From NCBI GenBank assembly GCA_965112735.1, contig OZ218950.1:4588001-4652000 (forward strand): 64,000 bases of DNA, given 5' to 3'. This document shows positions 11,679-26,853 of this stretch, piece after piece. Both the position numbers and the translations under genes were made by a program. Every line of letters begins with the position of its first letter. Positions within the stretch are counted from its first letter, which is position 1. The stretch is from Phaeosaccion multiseriatum (taxonomy: Eukaryota > Protista > Ochrophyta, other classes). Below the pieces are notes generated by a model that was not told where the DNA came from, did no database searches, and worked only from the letters and a program-made list of their open reading frames with translations.

Positions 11679-14600
11679 TCACTGGCGGCCCTCCCTTGCT
11701 GCGAGCTCGCACACAACGGGAAGCAAGAGCCTCTCCCTGCCCCCCACCGACACCACCAGGGCCGCACAATCGGGCCTGCCCCCCCAAGCTGCCCCACCTC
11801 CTGCTCCTCCTCGTGCCCCTCCTGGCGCCCCTCCTCCCGCCAAGCCGTAGCTCTGGGCAGCCCTAAGTTTGCTTGTGTCGATGACCACAGTAAAATCAAT
11901 ACTGCTCCACGCCGGAATCACATCCGAGCTCACACGCACATCGCACCAAGGGAGCAGGCTGCGAGGGCACACATGCCACTCTAAGTCGTCCTTGCTGTGG
12001 TTGTACAGCGTCGCAGAGCAGCGAATGCCGGTGCCGTGGTTCGCATTGCGAATCACGAGCGCCGGGGGCGACAGCTCCAAGCCGCCCCCCTGCCCTTTAC
12101 TTCCTTCGGTACCGTTCTTCCCCTGTCCCTGTTGCTCCTCCTCCGCCTCCCTCAACCCCTCCTCCTCCTGCTGCTGCTGCTCGTGTGCGTTGCTGCCTTG
12201 TACCAAGCCAGCAGCAGCAGTAGGCATCGGACGAGTAAAATCCAAAGCCCTCTTACTGGTGGTACATGTAGTAACATTCTCCTCTACCCACGACTGCCAG
12301 CGGCCCACCGTCTTGGCGAGGGCCGAGAAGTAGCAGTCCGACGACGGCTGTAACCGAATCTCGGCGTTGAAGAGTGCGCTCACAGGAAGGTGGTCAGAGA
12401 GTAGCTGGAGGGGGGGGGGAGGGGGAAGGGGGAAGGGGTTAGTGACGACACACGCACACACATAATACATCTAACAAACACACACACATCCACAAACTCA
12501 CCCTACACGCCTACACACCCACACATCCTCCCACCGTTCCACCCACACCCACACTCACAGTCACACACATACATACACACCCACACACCCACACACACAC
12601 GCCGACACACCCACACACACACACACCGACACACACGCACACACCATACACCCACACGCGCACACATATACACACACGCACCAAGGGGCTGCTCCAGTAC
12701 ATGTCCATGCCCAATCGCTCCACAGAGCTCCCCCCCCAGTGCCCCACGCTCCAGAGCACCCTGTCGCACCAGGAAGGGGTGCGAGTCTTCTTCTCCGGTC
12801 TTATAGAGAGAGAAGGGGTGGGGAGTATGAGGGGAGAGGTGAGGAGAAGAGAGGAAAAGAGGGGAGGGGAGGGGAGGGGAGGGGAGGGGAGGAAAGATGA
12901 TTCAAAACAAAATGTGGAGGTGGGGAAGATGGAAAGGATAGAGGCGAGGTGAGGGCGTTAGGTTGTGTGACTTTGGTTGTGCCTTGTTGCCTTGTTGCCT
13001 GCGTGCCTGGCTACCTCCCTCCTACCCCTCCAAGCCAACCAACCTATTATCTATTTGCAAAGTACCCGGGATGTACTTGTATGTAGGGGGGAAGCACAGT
13101 GGCCCCTCGTAAAAGCCGACAAAGGTCCGGCCCTCCTCCCGCTCGATCGTGAGCTGGTCCAACTATACGTGTACACCAAGCAGTAGAGGCATATGGGCAA
13201 GGGGGCAAGGGCAGAAGGGGTGTGAGATTGATAGATGGATCAGAGGACTTCACTCAAGTGCTCACTCACACACTCACGAACTCACTCACGAACTAGCTCA
13301 CTCACTCGCTCGTCTAATCACTCACTCCACTCACTCACCCACTCACTCACTCACTCACTCACAGACTCCCTCCCTCCCTCCTTGCTTCCTTCCTTCCTTC
13401 CCTCCCTCACTCCTTCCATCCCCCCCTCCCTCCCTCCCTCCCTCCTTCCTTCCTTCCTTCCCTCCCTCCCTCTCTCCCTTCTTCCTTCCTTTTCCTTCCC
13501 TCTCTCCTTCCTTCCCTCCCTCCCCTTCCCTCCCTCCCTCCAAACTCACTCACCTGGCGTAATGTGTCAATATCATTGTTTTGAATCATTTCAAACACAG
13601 CAGCGTCCGGCACGCCCTCCTTGATGCGATAATTCAAATCCCCCATAAAGAACACGACATCCGCCTCCAGCAACGTCAGCACCGGCTTGGAGGAGGACGG
13701 TGGGGCGGTGGGTGCTGCTGCTCCTCCTCCTGCTCCTCCTCCTGCTGCTGCTCCTGCTCCTCCGTTGTAGACACCACCACCTCCCCCACTACTGCTACTA
13801 CTGCTACTGCTACTGCCAGCCCCATTTGAGGAGCCACTACTCGCACTCGCGCTGATGGTGGGCGAGCGGCTAGTCACGTCTCTCGTCGCGCTATTGCTGC
13901 GGCTGCGTATCACACCCCCAACGCCTTTCCTGATGGCGCTTCTCTTTGAGCGGCCGCCCAACCCCTGTTCCTGTCTCTGTCCCTGTCCCTCCACTCTGCC
14001 GGCCGCGCTGCTGCTTATGCCGCCGCCTCCTGCTTCCCCAGTATGCAAATCCACTCCACCGAAACCGTAAGGTTTTTCTTCTAGAGCAGCCGAGGGGCCT
14101 ATGTATTGTAGAAACGGACGACAGTGAAAAAGGATAAAAGAAAGAAAGAGGGACCAATTCGTTAGCAAGATACACACGGTCAGTCAGAACTAACACTAAC
14201 GACAAACACACATTCACACAATGCACACATACATACATACATACATACATACATACATACATACATACATACATACATACATACAAACATACATACACAC
14301 ATACATACAGCAGTTGGTGGTACACATACGTACCCGAGCGTATGAACCCCACCAGACTCTTCCTCCGCCGCCTCGCTGCAGAGAGCGTGGGGGAGAAGGG
14401 ACTCCTTCCGCTCCCTCCATTGCCGCCTCCACTCCCATTACTCCCTCCCGAGTGGCGAGTGGTGAGCAAGGGGTCCTCCGGCCCTCGGTTCTCAAACACC
14501 TTGCGCGTGCACACGTACTTCCACTCCTCATTCCTCTGTACCACGTTCTCCCGGTGCGCGGCCATGTGGGCATTGGCAAAGCAAAAGGCCGTGTCCCCGC

Positions 14601-16185
14601 CCACCACAAAGCGCACGCACACGGCTCCCTTGTTGCCAAGCCTGCCCCCCATGCCTGCCATACCCGCCACAGCACCTGTAATGCTGCCCACCCAACCCGA
14701 TACACCGGTGCTCCCTGCCGCCCCTCCGCCGAGCCGGGGCCCGGTGGCGATGCAGTTGCGCTGCACGCCAGAGATGTGGGGCAGCAGGCTTTGCTTGACA
14801 AACACTGCAATACACGTGCCCAGCAGCCGCTGCTCCACGAGAAAGTGGTACCGCAGACTGGTGCTTGAGGCCCCCCTCCACTCTCCTCCTCCTCCTCCTC
14901 CTTGATTATTGTCAGGACCACCGCTGCCACCTCCCCCCTTGGCTTGTTGGGACAGCCCTCTTGCGTAGACATCGAGATAGGCCACCATCGCCTTGAACCA
15001 CGCTAGTGAGTTGGCGCTACTCTGCACGTCCATCAAAGAGTCCATCACCACATTCTGAGCGCTCAGTTCAATCACCTCTTCCAGCCCCAGTGCGATGATG
15101 TCTGGTGCAGACTCGACTGCCGCTTTGGCTGCTGCGGCTCTTTCTTCTTCCGATGCGTCCTTCTTGTCCACTTTCCCACTCCCTCTTCCTGTGCCCCTTC
15201 CCCCCATCTCCTCCACCGCCAATGTCTCGTCCAGCCATGTTCGGAACTCTGTCGCGTCTTGCATGGGAGACTTGCCAGCCACATTCCACGTCCCACACTG
15301 CACCTTGAGCTTCAGGCGCCACTTCTTCTCTTCTTTGCTCTCCTGCCTCCATCTTTGTTTGATAAAATCTTGCTCCCACTCGGCCAAGTCATCCGCATAA
15401 GTGTACGGCACGCAGTGGCACTGCTCAGCGCATTGCGGCTTGTGCGCTCTCTGCTGACGCCCATCCGACGTAGGGACTTCGACCCCCCCCCCCCCTCCTC
15501 CTCCCACATGCTGTGAGTGCTGACTATCCAAAAGCGCGGCGTTCTCCACTGCTACTGTTACTGAGGGCTCGGCTATAGGCAGACCCGATTCGTCGTTGTC
15601 CACCCGGAGTGGAGTGATATCGACAGGCGTTGGCCGCTGTGGCAGCTTGGGAGGTGAGCGACTAGCAGGGGGAGGCGTAGCTGGTGGAGGTAGATGACGC
15701 CGGGGTAGAGCAGGTTTGCCTGATGGCGACCTACTCCGCGGCGATCCTGCTCTTCCTCCTCCTCCTCCTCCTCCTCCTCCTCCTCCTCCTCCTCCTCCTC
15801 CTCCTCCTCCTCCTCCTCCTCCTCCTCCTCCTCCTCCTCCTCCTCCTCCTCCTCCTCCTCCTCCTCCTCCTCCTCCTCCTCCTCCTCCTCCTCCTCCTCC
15901 TCCTCCTCCTCCTCCTCCTCCTCCTCCTCCTCCTCCTCCTCCTCCTCCTCCTCCTCCTCCTCCTCCTCCTCCTCCTCCTCCTTCTCCTCCTCCTCCTCCT
16001 CCTCCTCCTCCTTCTCCTCCTCCTCCTCCTCCTCCCCCCCCAGGAGACTTTTGTTCGCGGTTCTCCTCCTCCTGCTGCCCGCCCTCCTCGAGTTCTTCTC
16101 TGCCGAGCGTTGTCACCGCCTGCACTCCTCCAATGGAAGGGGCATCTTCCTCATGCGCCCCCCTTCCAGGCCCCACGCCATTCAT
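11679..16185 (-). CDS. Inositol polyphosphate 5-phosphatase (type II/OCRL-like catalytic domain), multi-exon
   Basis: GTWNVAGK, PDIIALGLEEVIELSA, GNKGAVCVRF, FCFANAHMAAH, VVFFMGDLNYRI, FPPTYKY, TPSWCDRVLW and SDHLPVSALF. Confidence 0.92.
15754..16038. repeat. Long (CCT)n/(GGA)n trinucleotide tract encoding poly-Gly in the 5-phosphatase ORF
   Basis: About 280 bp of nearly pure CCT repeat. Confidence 0.95.
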
Positions 16186-16653
16186 CTGCTGGATCGCCTC
16201 TCTCCCGACATTCTATTTGCCTCCTTCCATCTCTTCTCTCTCTCTCTATGTGGAGGAAGATCTTGGGAGAGCGGAGCGAACAAAACTGACTAATAGTAAA
16301 AAATAGAAACTCCTCGAGCGAGAGAGGCATTGACAGAGGTGAGCGGGAGAGGAGACAAACTGGCCATCAAGCACGGCCGCCACGTCTTTGTGGCTTTAAA
16401 CTCTTAGGATAGTAGTAGTAGCGTTAGGATCTGTAGAAGAAGCGGTAAAAGGAGCGGTGTAAGAGGAGAAAAGAGAGGAGAATGAGAGAGCGGAGGGCAT
16501 CAGTGACAAGTTGAATGTGAGCGCGGCAACAGGCGGTTGCAGGCGCAGAAGTAATGTGCTGAGGAGAAAGGGCATCAGCATCAGCATCAGTATCGGTAGC
16601 CACCTCGCTGGCTCACGCACCCCCTGTCGGAGGTGCTTTCGACTCCGGTCATC

Positions 16654-18092
16654 ATGTTGCATGGGCTGCGAAGTAAAGACAACAAGGCGGCTGCGGGCCT
16701 CACATCCTTGCCTGGAGCGGGGGGCAACGGAGTGGGGGTTGTTGGTGGCGCAGCTGGAGTCTCCGGCTTTCTGTTCTCCCCGCCCGTTGGGCCGTCTTCC
16801 CCATCGGGGGCCAGTAGTTTCGGCATGGGTGGGAGCAGTGTCCAAACGTCCGCGGCAACCACCCCTCGCATGAACATTAACCAGGATCTGAGGAAGCTCA
16901 TGTTGTTGGGGAGCAATCGCATATGCGCGGACTGTGACTCAGCGCTCACGGCATCGCACAGCAGAGGAGCTAGCGTGGACTGCGGCGCCTTCTTGTGCGC
17001 CTCTTGTTTGAGCATCCACAGAGCCCTGGGCATGCACTGCAAGTCAGTCAACAAAGACACGTGGACGGCGGAAGAGGTGAACCGCATCAAGCAGGGCGGC
17101 AACGACCGCGTGAATCAGATTTACGAAAGGTACGTGCCGGAGGGCATGCATAAGCCCACCCCAGACGCCGACCTCGCCTCCAGGGAGCTGTGGATCAACC
17201 TAAAATACATCAGAAGGTACTTTATGCTGCCGCTGCACCAACACCACGCCAGTGCAGTGGCAGCAGCAGTGGCCTCGGCCTCATGTGTGGGCGGCGACGG
17301 TGGTAAGAAGAGCTTGCTGGCGGCGACTAGCGACCTGGGCAACGGAGGAGGGGCAGCAGCAGCAGCAGCAGCGGCGGCGGCGGCGATGATTGCCACCGCC
17401 AGTGTGGCGGGAGGGAAAACCGAGAGCCAGGGCAGCAGGACCCTGCCCATCCGCCTCGTGGATTTCTTTGTAGTTGTGGGTATGGGAGAGGTTCTGTCGG
17501 CGGACAGACTGCATGCGGCCTCTGTACCGGAAGACGTGCACTTTCAGCCCAAGGTGAGGGGAATGGGAATGGCAGTGGGGGATGGACCACCTTGGGCACC
17601 TTAGCCCCCTTGTGCACCTCTAGCACCTTGGGCAATCACCTTTTGATTCGTATCGTCAACCCGCACTTCGTGGGTGTGTGGGTATGTGGGTGCGTCCTCT
17701 CTGGTCTCTGTGTATTGGGCTCTCAAACCCCAATCCTGACAAACCCCAACAATGAACCCTTCACAAGCAACACCAACAGCAACAAACAACGACCCTCTCC
17801 CCTCCCCTCCCCTCCCCCTCCCCAACCCCCCCCTCAAACCACAGATTGTCCAAACCTTCCCTGAAGACCGAAAACACCGCGATACGTCCGTTCCCGAACA
17901 GCTCCCCAGCTTCGTATTCCCTGCAGGGCTGCATCTGTACGCAGAAGAGCCCCCTCCGACCATCATTTCCTTTGTGCTGACGGCGGAGACGGGTGTGAAA
18001 GTCTTTGGGGTTGCACTCCATGTGTTCGAGGAGGTGGACGCTACCGAGCTGTCGGAGAGCCTTACTGCGGCCATGGCGGCGCGGGGGGAGGG

Positions 18093-18129
<37 letters not shown>

Positions 18130-21100
18130 CAGGGGGCGGGCACCGGCGGGGCGAACGGTATGTTGGCGTCTAGTAATACTTACGTATGGGTTAGAACATG
18201 GTGGGGGGATGCTATGAATTGCTTTCCTTTTTCACTTCATTAGTTTTGTGTGGGTATGCAATACATGTAGCCATTTTTTTTGTGTGACTTTGGGACTCGA
18301 CCTGACTTGTCTCGCTTGCTTGCTCTTGCCCTCCCCTATGCTGTGTCCTCTCGCGCTCTCCTACCTTACTTCCGTACGTGTACGTGACCCCGCCCACAGA
18401 CGGTGCCGAGGGGAGTAGTGCGGGGAAGGACAGTGAAGGGAGTGCAGGAGGAAGAGAAGGGGCAGCAGGGCATAGGCGCCAGCCCTTCAATGGGGCAGCC
18501 ATGCCGTCATGGGCACAAGACGCCGTACAAGCTTCTTCCGCGGAAGTGGTCGGACAACATGCCCATTCCGCAGCAGACGTGTTTCCTACCGACACTGCTC
18601 CTGTATTCGCACCCAAGGCACTAGTGCTTGTGAGCCACTACCCCTTCTACCACATCTACTCGTGTTTCCTTCAGCAGCTGTATCGCATCAGCTTGTCCGA
18701 GGCGCCCCTCCCCATTGAGCGTTACATTAGCAACTTTGTGTGCGAGACGCCCTTGCCTCCTCAGGGGCAAGTGGAGGTGATTTACGCGCTGCCAGATCGC
18801 ACCATCACTCTGAAACGCCCACCCAAGAACCGTCTGCCCCTCATTGACTTCTCCTATAGGTATGGGAGTGAGTGGGTGGAGTGGGGGGGGTTGTCGGGGT
18901 GGATGGGCGGTGGGTGGGTGGGTTGGTTGGTTGTTCGCTTGCTTGAGCAGTGCACCTTCCACCAGTGGGCGTGCCTGCCCTTCTCTCGTCAACGCATCTC
19001 AAACCCCATCCACGTACGCACGCACCCACATGCGTTGCTTGGGCTCCCAATTCTTTGTCCTTACTATTTACTCACTCAACTGAATCTGCTCCTCTCTTCC
19101 CCCTCTGCCTGCAGGCCGCTCTTTGCGTGTCTGAGCGTGGACAATATCATGACTCTCTTCGGCTGTCTGCTGACAGAGACCAAGGTGAGCGGGGAGGAGA
19201 AGGAGGAGGAGGAAATGGGGAAGGAGGAGGAGGAGGAGGAGGAGGAGGAGGAGGAGGAGGAGGAGCGGGAAGAGACACTTTTTTATATTCTGTGCCAGCC
19301 TATTGCTACTCAAGGTTGGCCCGAAGTGTCGTGCTCCATTCGATGCCTTCACTGAGTTGGCTTGCGGATGTGTGCAAAATGCACAGGTTTGAGGCAGAAT
19401 CCGATACTAAGCCTTCACCTCTCCCTGTCGCTGTTCCTGTCCCTCCCTCCCTCCCTCCCTCCCTCCACCCACCCATCCCATCCACTACCATCCCATCCCA
19501 TCCCATCCATTGCCATCCCATCCCATTTCATCCCAATACTCCCACATATCCCATCCATTGCCATCCCATCCCCAACCAACTTTAACACTCCAATCACATC
19601 CATCACCCCAAGGTCGCTCTGTGCTCTCGCGTCTACACCCTTCTCACCCCTGTGGCCGAGGCGCTCCTCTCCCTCCTCTTTCCCTTCGTGTGGCAAGGAG
19701 CCTACATACCCGTCATGCCGGACTTCATGACTGATGTGCTTGACGCCCCTGTGCCCTTCCTTGTGGGGCTGAGCAGCCGCTACCTGCAGGACTCGCCTGC
19801 GCACATGTGGCCAGAGGGGGTGGTGTTTGTGGACCTTGACAACGACGCTATTCATCTTGGCTTGGATGGGAAGTACACGAGGAGGTGAGATGAGAGAGAG
19901 AGGGGGCACGAGAGGGTGGGCGGGTGAGAGAGAGTTGTGTAAGAGAGAGAGAGAGAGAGCTGTGTAAGAGAGAGATAGAGCTGTGTAAGAGAGAGAGAGA
20001 GCTGTATAAGAGAGAGAGAGCTGTGTAAGAGAGGGAGAGAGCTGTGTAAGAGAGAGAGAGCTGTGTAAGAGAGAGAGAGCTGTGTAAGAGAGAGAGAGCT
20101 GTGTAAGAGAGAGAGAGAGCTGTGTAAGAGAGAGAGAGAGCTGTGTAAGAGAGAGAGAGAGCTGTGTAATAGAGAGAGAGCTGTGTAAGAGAGAGAGAGC
20201 TGTGTAAGAGAGAGGGAGGGAAAGAGATGTCACTGACACGAGATGGAGGGGGTGACAGACTGAGGACGTGAGGGGTGGGGGTGATGGAATGAGACCTCTC
20301 TCCCTCTCTCTTAACTTGGCAACTCTTTTCTCTTTCTCCCTCCCTCCCTCCCTCCAACCCTCCCTCTTTGTCTCTATCATCTTTATTGTCTCTCTCTCTC
20401 TCTCCCTCCCTCCCTCCCTCCCTCTCTCCCTCTTTTCAAGACGGCCGCACCTCCCGGAGCGAGAAGCCAACAAACTCAAGCAGAAATTGATCGAGTTTGG
20501 CGCCATGTGCTACTGCCCCAAGAACGTTCCTTTGTCGCAGGCCCCTGGCTACGCAAACAACAATAGCAACACCGCAGGTGGAGGCGGTGGCGGGGGCGCA
20601 GCGTCATGTGCGGCTTCGGCCGGAATGACGCGGAATGGAAGTTTCATCGCAGGCGGTGGGGGAGGGGGGGTGGGTGGGACCATTTCGGGGGTTTCAGGGG
20701 GGGAAGCAGCAGCAGCAGGAGGAGGAGGAGGAGGAGGAGGAGGAGGGGGAGGAGGGGGGGGAGGAGGAGGAGGAGGAGCTTCAGGTTCGGGGGGGGGGCT
20801 TCCGGCCCCGCTGTGGGGTCTAGACAAGGCTGATTTGGCGTTTCCGAACAGTGAACACCTCCTGCCCATCAGCAGTTTCGCCACAGAGACAGGTCTGACG
20901 GTGCCTACGTTGGGTGACACAAGAGGCAAAGGGTTAAGCCTTGTGTCACGAATGAGTCGGCAGAGGCTCCACAAGAACCGCCGGGGAACGGGCATGACAG
21001 GGGGGCTGGGGGGTGGGGTGGCGGGAGGGGCATCCTCGGGGGGACTTGCGTCGTCGGGCATCATGGGAGGAGATGGGGGCTTGGAGATGGCGGAGATGAC

Positions 21101-22260
21101 CTCGATTTTCGACCCGGCGAATAACTCGAACGTGCGCGACGGTTTCAACGCCAACGAGATTCGAGCGGGCTTTCTGCGCTTCTTTGTCAGCGTTTTCAGT
21201 GAGTGTGTTGGTCGCGGCAGTAGTCGAGCAGGGTAGGGTAGAGGAAAGCGGGAGAGTGGGATTGAGTGGATGGGTGGGGTGGAACAGCACCTCAGTTTAG
21301 TTTTAGCTTGTTGACCCCGACTCATGGCCACTCTCCCCACCCCTCCCCCCCTGCCCACACACCAGAGAACTACCAGAACCACGTGATTACCCCAAGCGCC
21401 GAGCTTGGAGACTTCGAACCCCTCTTCTACAGAGACGCTTTCCTCAAGGAGAGCAGTCACCTCCCGGAGAGCTGCCACGAGTTTATGCATCAAATGTTGC
21501 AGAGTCAGGTCAGGGTCAGGTGTAGGGGAGGGGGGTTTCGAGTTTCACTTCGTTATTCGACAAAGGGAGGGGGTTCAGTTTGAGTTTATTATGGTTAGGC
21601 CGTCTAGAGAAATGCGACCCATCCAACCCACCAACCAACGAACCAACTACTGCCCCGCACTGCCCTCCCTCCCTCCCTGTGCACAGATGTTCGAGCGCTT
21701 TCTGGAGGAAAGGGTGTCGCATCCCAACCAACCGGTGAGAGTGAGAGGACGATCGATCAAAGAGAGGGGAGCACATTACTCGTGAGAGGACGAACACTCA
21801 GAGGCGAAACAAAGCTCGCTCCAGGTTCATTCTGGTAGGCATGTAATTCTGTCATTTCACCTGGTCATTTAACGTCTCTTTCTCTCCCTTCCTCCCCTTC
21901 CCTGCCTCCTTCCCTCCTTCTCGCTCCCCTCCCCTCCCCACCCTTAGGAAATCCGCTTCTTCGAAGAGAGCATCATCGCTAAACTGAATCGCAGCAAGAC
22001 TAACCCCAAGAAGCGAGAAACTCCCTTCCTCAGCGACACCTCGGACGTGTGTTGTCAGAAACATGCCCCTCCCACCCCCTCCAACTGGGGGCTGCCTGAC
22101 GACGGCATGCGTTACGTCTACAACAGTTGGCCCAGGTAAAGGGATGACGTACTACCAACACGCCCAAGCGGTGTGTCTTGTCTGTCTGTCAACCCCCTCT
22201 TCGGTCCTTCGGGGTCGGGGAGTATTTTCCCCGTTCGAGGAGGCCAGGAGCTTCTCCTCT

Positions 22261-22296
<36 letters not shown>

Positions 22297-23004
22297 ATCT
22301 CTTGCTCTTACGTTCCTTCTCATCCTCCCACCCCCCATCCCTACCTCCGCACCCCTCTCATCTTCAACTGTTAAGACTCGACATGGAAAAGGCGGGCAAA
22401 ATCCGCTGGGCCCAGCGGCTCTTCAAAACGGCCGACCAAAACCGAAACGTGTCCACTGCGGCACAACTTGAGCTCCTGAAGATGGAGCGTGGGCTCCTGA
22501 GGGGCGGGGGCGGAGTAACTCCCGCAGCCGGTGCCGGCGGGGCAGGAGGAGGAGGAGGAGGTGGTGGAGGGATACTCTCCCCACAGAAGGAGAGGATGTT
22601 GATGTCGACTCATACGCTTGGGCAGGGCAGCAAGGGGGTTGGGGGGGCAGGGGGCAGCGGTGCAGGAGGGGACGGAGCAGGAGCAGCAGGAGGAGGAGGG
22701 GGGGGGGGAGGGGGCGGGGAAGGGGGCGGGGGAAGCGGGGGGGGCGGTGGGGTGGAGCACGTGCTCTTGGGCATCGTAAAGGCCCAAGCGCTGAGACGAG
22801 GCTACTTGCAGAGGCTTGCCTACCTCACAAGGAGGGGCGCCAAGGCCAAGATTGTACGAGCTTGGAGAGACCACCTTGCCACGAGTTTGGACAGAGCGCG
22901 CTTCATAAGGACGGTGAGGCGGATTGTGCGCATCCAAAACACGTACAGGGGACACAGAGCGAGGGGGCTCACGGCCCAGAGGAGGCGCTGCGTACTCAAG
23001 CTGC

Positions 23005-23044
<40 letters not shown>

Positions 23045-23102
23045 GCGTGAGTGTGTGGGTGGGTGGGTGTGTACTACTGTTATCACAACTAACACGATTT
23101 TC

Positions 23103-23133
<31 letters not shown>

Positions 23134-23248
23134 ATCTGCTTGCTGCTAGTACTGCTGCTGATTCTTTCCTCATCCGTTTCTTTCCTCTGGGTTCTCCTCG
23201 TGCCGCACCCACCCACCCACCCCACCCCCTCCCACACACACTCACTCA

Positions 23249-23295
<47 letters not shown>

Positions 23296-26200
23296 GCACA
23301 TACACACGCAGGCTTGGGCGCGCATGTCCCTGCTATGCCGGCGCTATCACGCTGCCCGCTTGGCCGCTGTGCAGCTCCAGAGCCTGGCCAGGGGCCATCG
23401 CAGTCGAGTGGCGTTCCTCGTGGTTAGGCAGCTCGTCGTTTTGCTGCAGGTGCGTGCATGCATGTGTGCGTGCGTGTGTGCGTGCGTGAGTGCGTGCATG
23501 AGTGCTTGCATGAGTGCGAGCGTGCGTATTCATCCATCCATCCATCGCCTCCATCAGTCACTCCTCTGATCACATCACATCACTCCTCTGAGGCGACTTC
23601 AACAAAACGACGTCTAGCACATCAACTAAGTGCATAGCAATGTACACATACACGCACATACGCACCCACACACGCACCCACACACGCACACCCACACGCG
23701 CACACACGGGCGCGCACACACACACACACACACACACGCACACACACGCACAGGCTGTGGTGCGAGGCTGGTTCAAAAGGAGGGTGGCAGCGAAGGAGCG
23801 GAAAGCCCGTGTGGCTGCTCTGCGTGCCCAAGTGTTCGAGCTCTGGGACAGGGCCTTCACTCCTCTGGCCCACAGAAGCAAGTTCTGGGTGCTGTTTCAG
23901 GGCAATGGCTTCCTCGACCTTGCAATTCATGAGGTGAGTGTGTACGTGTGTGGTGTGCGTGTGCGTGTGTGTGTATGTGCATGTGTGTATGCGTGTGTGT
24001 ATGTGTGTGCAGGTGCGTGTATGTGTGTGTGTCGGTGTCGGTGTGTGTGTGTGCGTGTCGGTGTGTGTGTGCGTGGGGGTGTACGTGTACGTGTGTGTGT
24101 GGGTGGGTGTATGTGTGGCGAGAGTAGCCAGAAATCCCTACGAATGACCATAACTTGACCTCCTCTCCTAAATACACGCGTCTTTGATGTGTCTCTCTCT
24201 CTGTCTATCTTCTCCCCCTCCGTCTCTCTCCCTCCCTCCCTCCCTCCCTCCCTCCCCCCCTCCCTCCCTCCCTCCCTTCCTCCCCCCCCCCCCCTCCACT
24301 CCGCCCCCCTCCTCCCCGCCTCCTCTTCCCTCCCTCCCTCCCTCCCTCCCTCCCTCCTCTTCCCCCTCCGTCTCTCCGTCCCTCCCCCTCCCCCTCCACC
24401 TCCACCTGCACCCCTCCCCCATCTCTCGCTTTCTTGCACCTGCCACATGTGTATGCATTGTGTGCACAACAGGAGGAAGCCTTGATCTTGTGGCGAGCTC
24501 TCGGTCTCGTCGACCACGCCCAAGAGTCCTTGGCGCGCACACGCTTCAATCAAACCTTCCGCGAGATGGGTCGATGGCTCGAGGCCACGAAGCACTCTCG
24601 TGAAGCCCCTTCCCACGGGATTGTGGGTTCGAGCCCTGCCGTTACCCACCTCCGCTCTAACCCGGGGGGGCAGCAGCAGCAGCACGTGTCATTCTTATCC
24701 TCCACTTCGGGCAGTAGCTCCTCGCCTCTTCCTTATCGAGACCCGCGACGAAAGGTATCATCGAAATCAGCGGCAGCGGCAGCAGCATCAGGAGGAGGAG
24801 GTGGTGGTGGTGGTGGTGGAGAAGGAGGAGGAGGAGGAGGAGGAGGAGGAGGAGGAAGGGCGGCGTCGGCGTCACCCGTGCCTCTGTCTTCACCGTCACT
24901 GTCCCCGCGCACAATTTCGAAAGGCAAGAGTTGGCGAGGGTCTTTTCAGGGCAGAGGAGGAGGAGGAGGAGGAGGAGGGGCGGTAGGGGTAGCAGGGGCG
25001 GAGGGGGCGGGGGAAGGAGGGACACACCTCCCTCCATCCCCCCGTAGCAACGCGTCTTCCCCGATCAACTCCGGGTCGGGGTACCACCGCTCCTCGAACC
25101 ACCATGCTGCTGCTGCCTCTCTTTCCTCTCGCGCCCATCGTGCCACCAAGCCCATGTCTGTGGCACTGGGCCGTCTCTCCATGGGGGGCGGCAAGAGCGC
25201 TCTTGCAGCTTTGGGGCTGGGGAGGCGTGGGTCCGCAGCGGCGGGGGCAGCGGCGGCGGCAGCAGCGGCGGCGGCTGATGCGGGAGGCGGGCCCGTGTCA
25301 GGGGGCATGGGGGTAGGAGGAGGAGGGCCCATGGGCCGACAAGCGAGCTTCGTGTCTTCGCTTGGTGGCGGTGGTGGTGGTGGTGGTGGTGGTGGGGTGG
25401 GGCCCTCTGGGGGCGGAGTGTATGTGCTCCCTGGGGGGGGGGGGGGGGGCGGGGGAGTTTGCGGTGTTGGAGAGGCAACAGCGGCTGAGGAGGGCGGAGG
25501 AGGCCCTGGAGGGGGAAAGGGAGTACATATACAAGGAGCTCAAGAAGGAGGTGAGAGGGGAGCAGTGGGGGAGAGGCAGAGAGGGGTGTAGAGAGAGAGG
25601 TGTGGAGAGAAGGAAGGAGGTACAGATAGATAAGGGATAGAGATGCAAGAGAGGGAGAGTAGCGGAGGGGGAAAGGGGGGTAACTTTTTCAGCGCTTGTG
25701 GTGGAGGGGAAGGGGGAGAGGAGTGAGGAGAGGGAAGGGGGCTCTCATGCCATCTACCTGCTTGACTGACTTATGGCCTGCCTACCTTTCTTTCCCTCCT
25801 TCCTTCAGTCCCAGGAGCATACTCGCATCGCGCACTTTCAAGCCTTCGGTCTAGAAAGACAAAAGAAGCGCAAACGCAAACTGTCCAAGCTCGTCTGGAC
25901 CGGGCTTGGCACGGCAGGCGCTAGTGCTGACGTGGTGCTGTCCATTTACAAGGATCAACTTGACACCAAGGGGGCATGGGTTCAGAACCGAAGGGACCAG
26001 CGGATAAGGGCCGACTTGCTCTGCACGGTACAGGCTTGCCTGGGGTGTATACAGGGACTCAAAGTGGGAGACGGAGAGGTGAGGGAGGGAGGGAGAGGAG
26101 GGGAAGGGAAGGAGAGGAGAAGAGAGGAGAGAAGAGGGGAGAGTGGAGGGAGGGAGGGAGGGAGGGAGAGGAGGGGAGGGGAAGGAGAGGAGAGGAGAGG

Positions 26201-26821
26201 AGGGGAAGGGGAGGAGAGGAGAGGAGAGAAGAGGGGAGAGTGGAGGGAGGGAGGGAGGGAGGGAGGGAGGGAGGGAGGCCTCTCGGCCTCATGTTTGCCT
26301 CCTCTCACTGTAAGTCTTGTCTTGGCTTTCCTTCTTCTCTTCTCCCCACTCCGAGTACTCGATACGCATATGTGCACAGCCTCCGTCCGTCGGTCCGTCC
26401 GTCCTTATCTCCTTACTCAATCCTTTCTTTCTGTTCCGTCTTGTCCTTGTACCGTGACGCCTTGCACGCCCCTCACCACTGCCCCAGGAGGGAGCTTGGA
26501 ACCGCAAGTGGGCCACAGGCAAGGGAACCATCGCTCTTGACGTGCTGGAGGGTCGGCGCTGCTCCATACTGCCGCGCTCCCCATCACAGCAAGCGCAGCA
26601 AGGACAGGCAGCCCTGGCTCAGAGGAGGAGAAGGACCACTCAGGCTGCGTCGTTGAAGGAGTCGTCGCGAGAAACAGCGCAGCAGTTGGTGATACAACAG
26701 CAGCAGCAGAAGAAGGCAGGAGGAGGGTTTATGCAGCAGCACAGGGAAGATGAGAAGGAGGAGGTGGCCCAGGTTGAGGGGAAGGCTCTCGCGGGGTCTG
26801 CGGGAGACAGCAAGGGTAACC

Positions 26822-26853
<32 letters not shown>

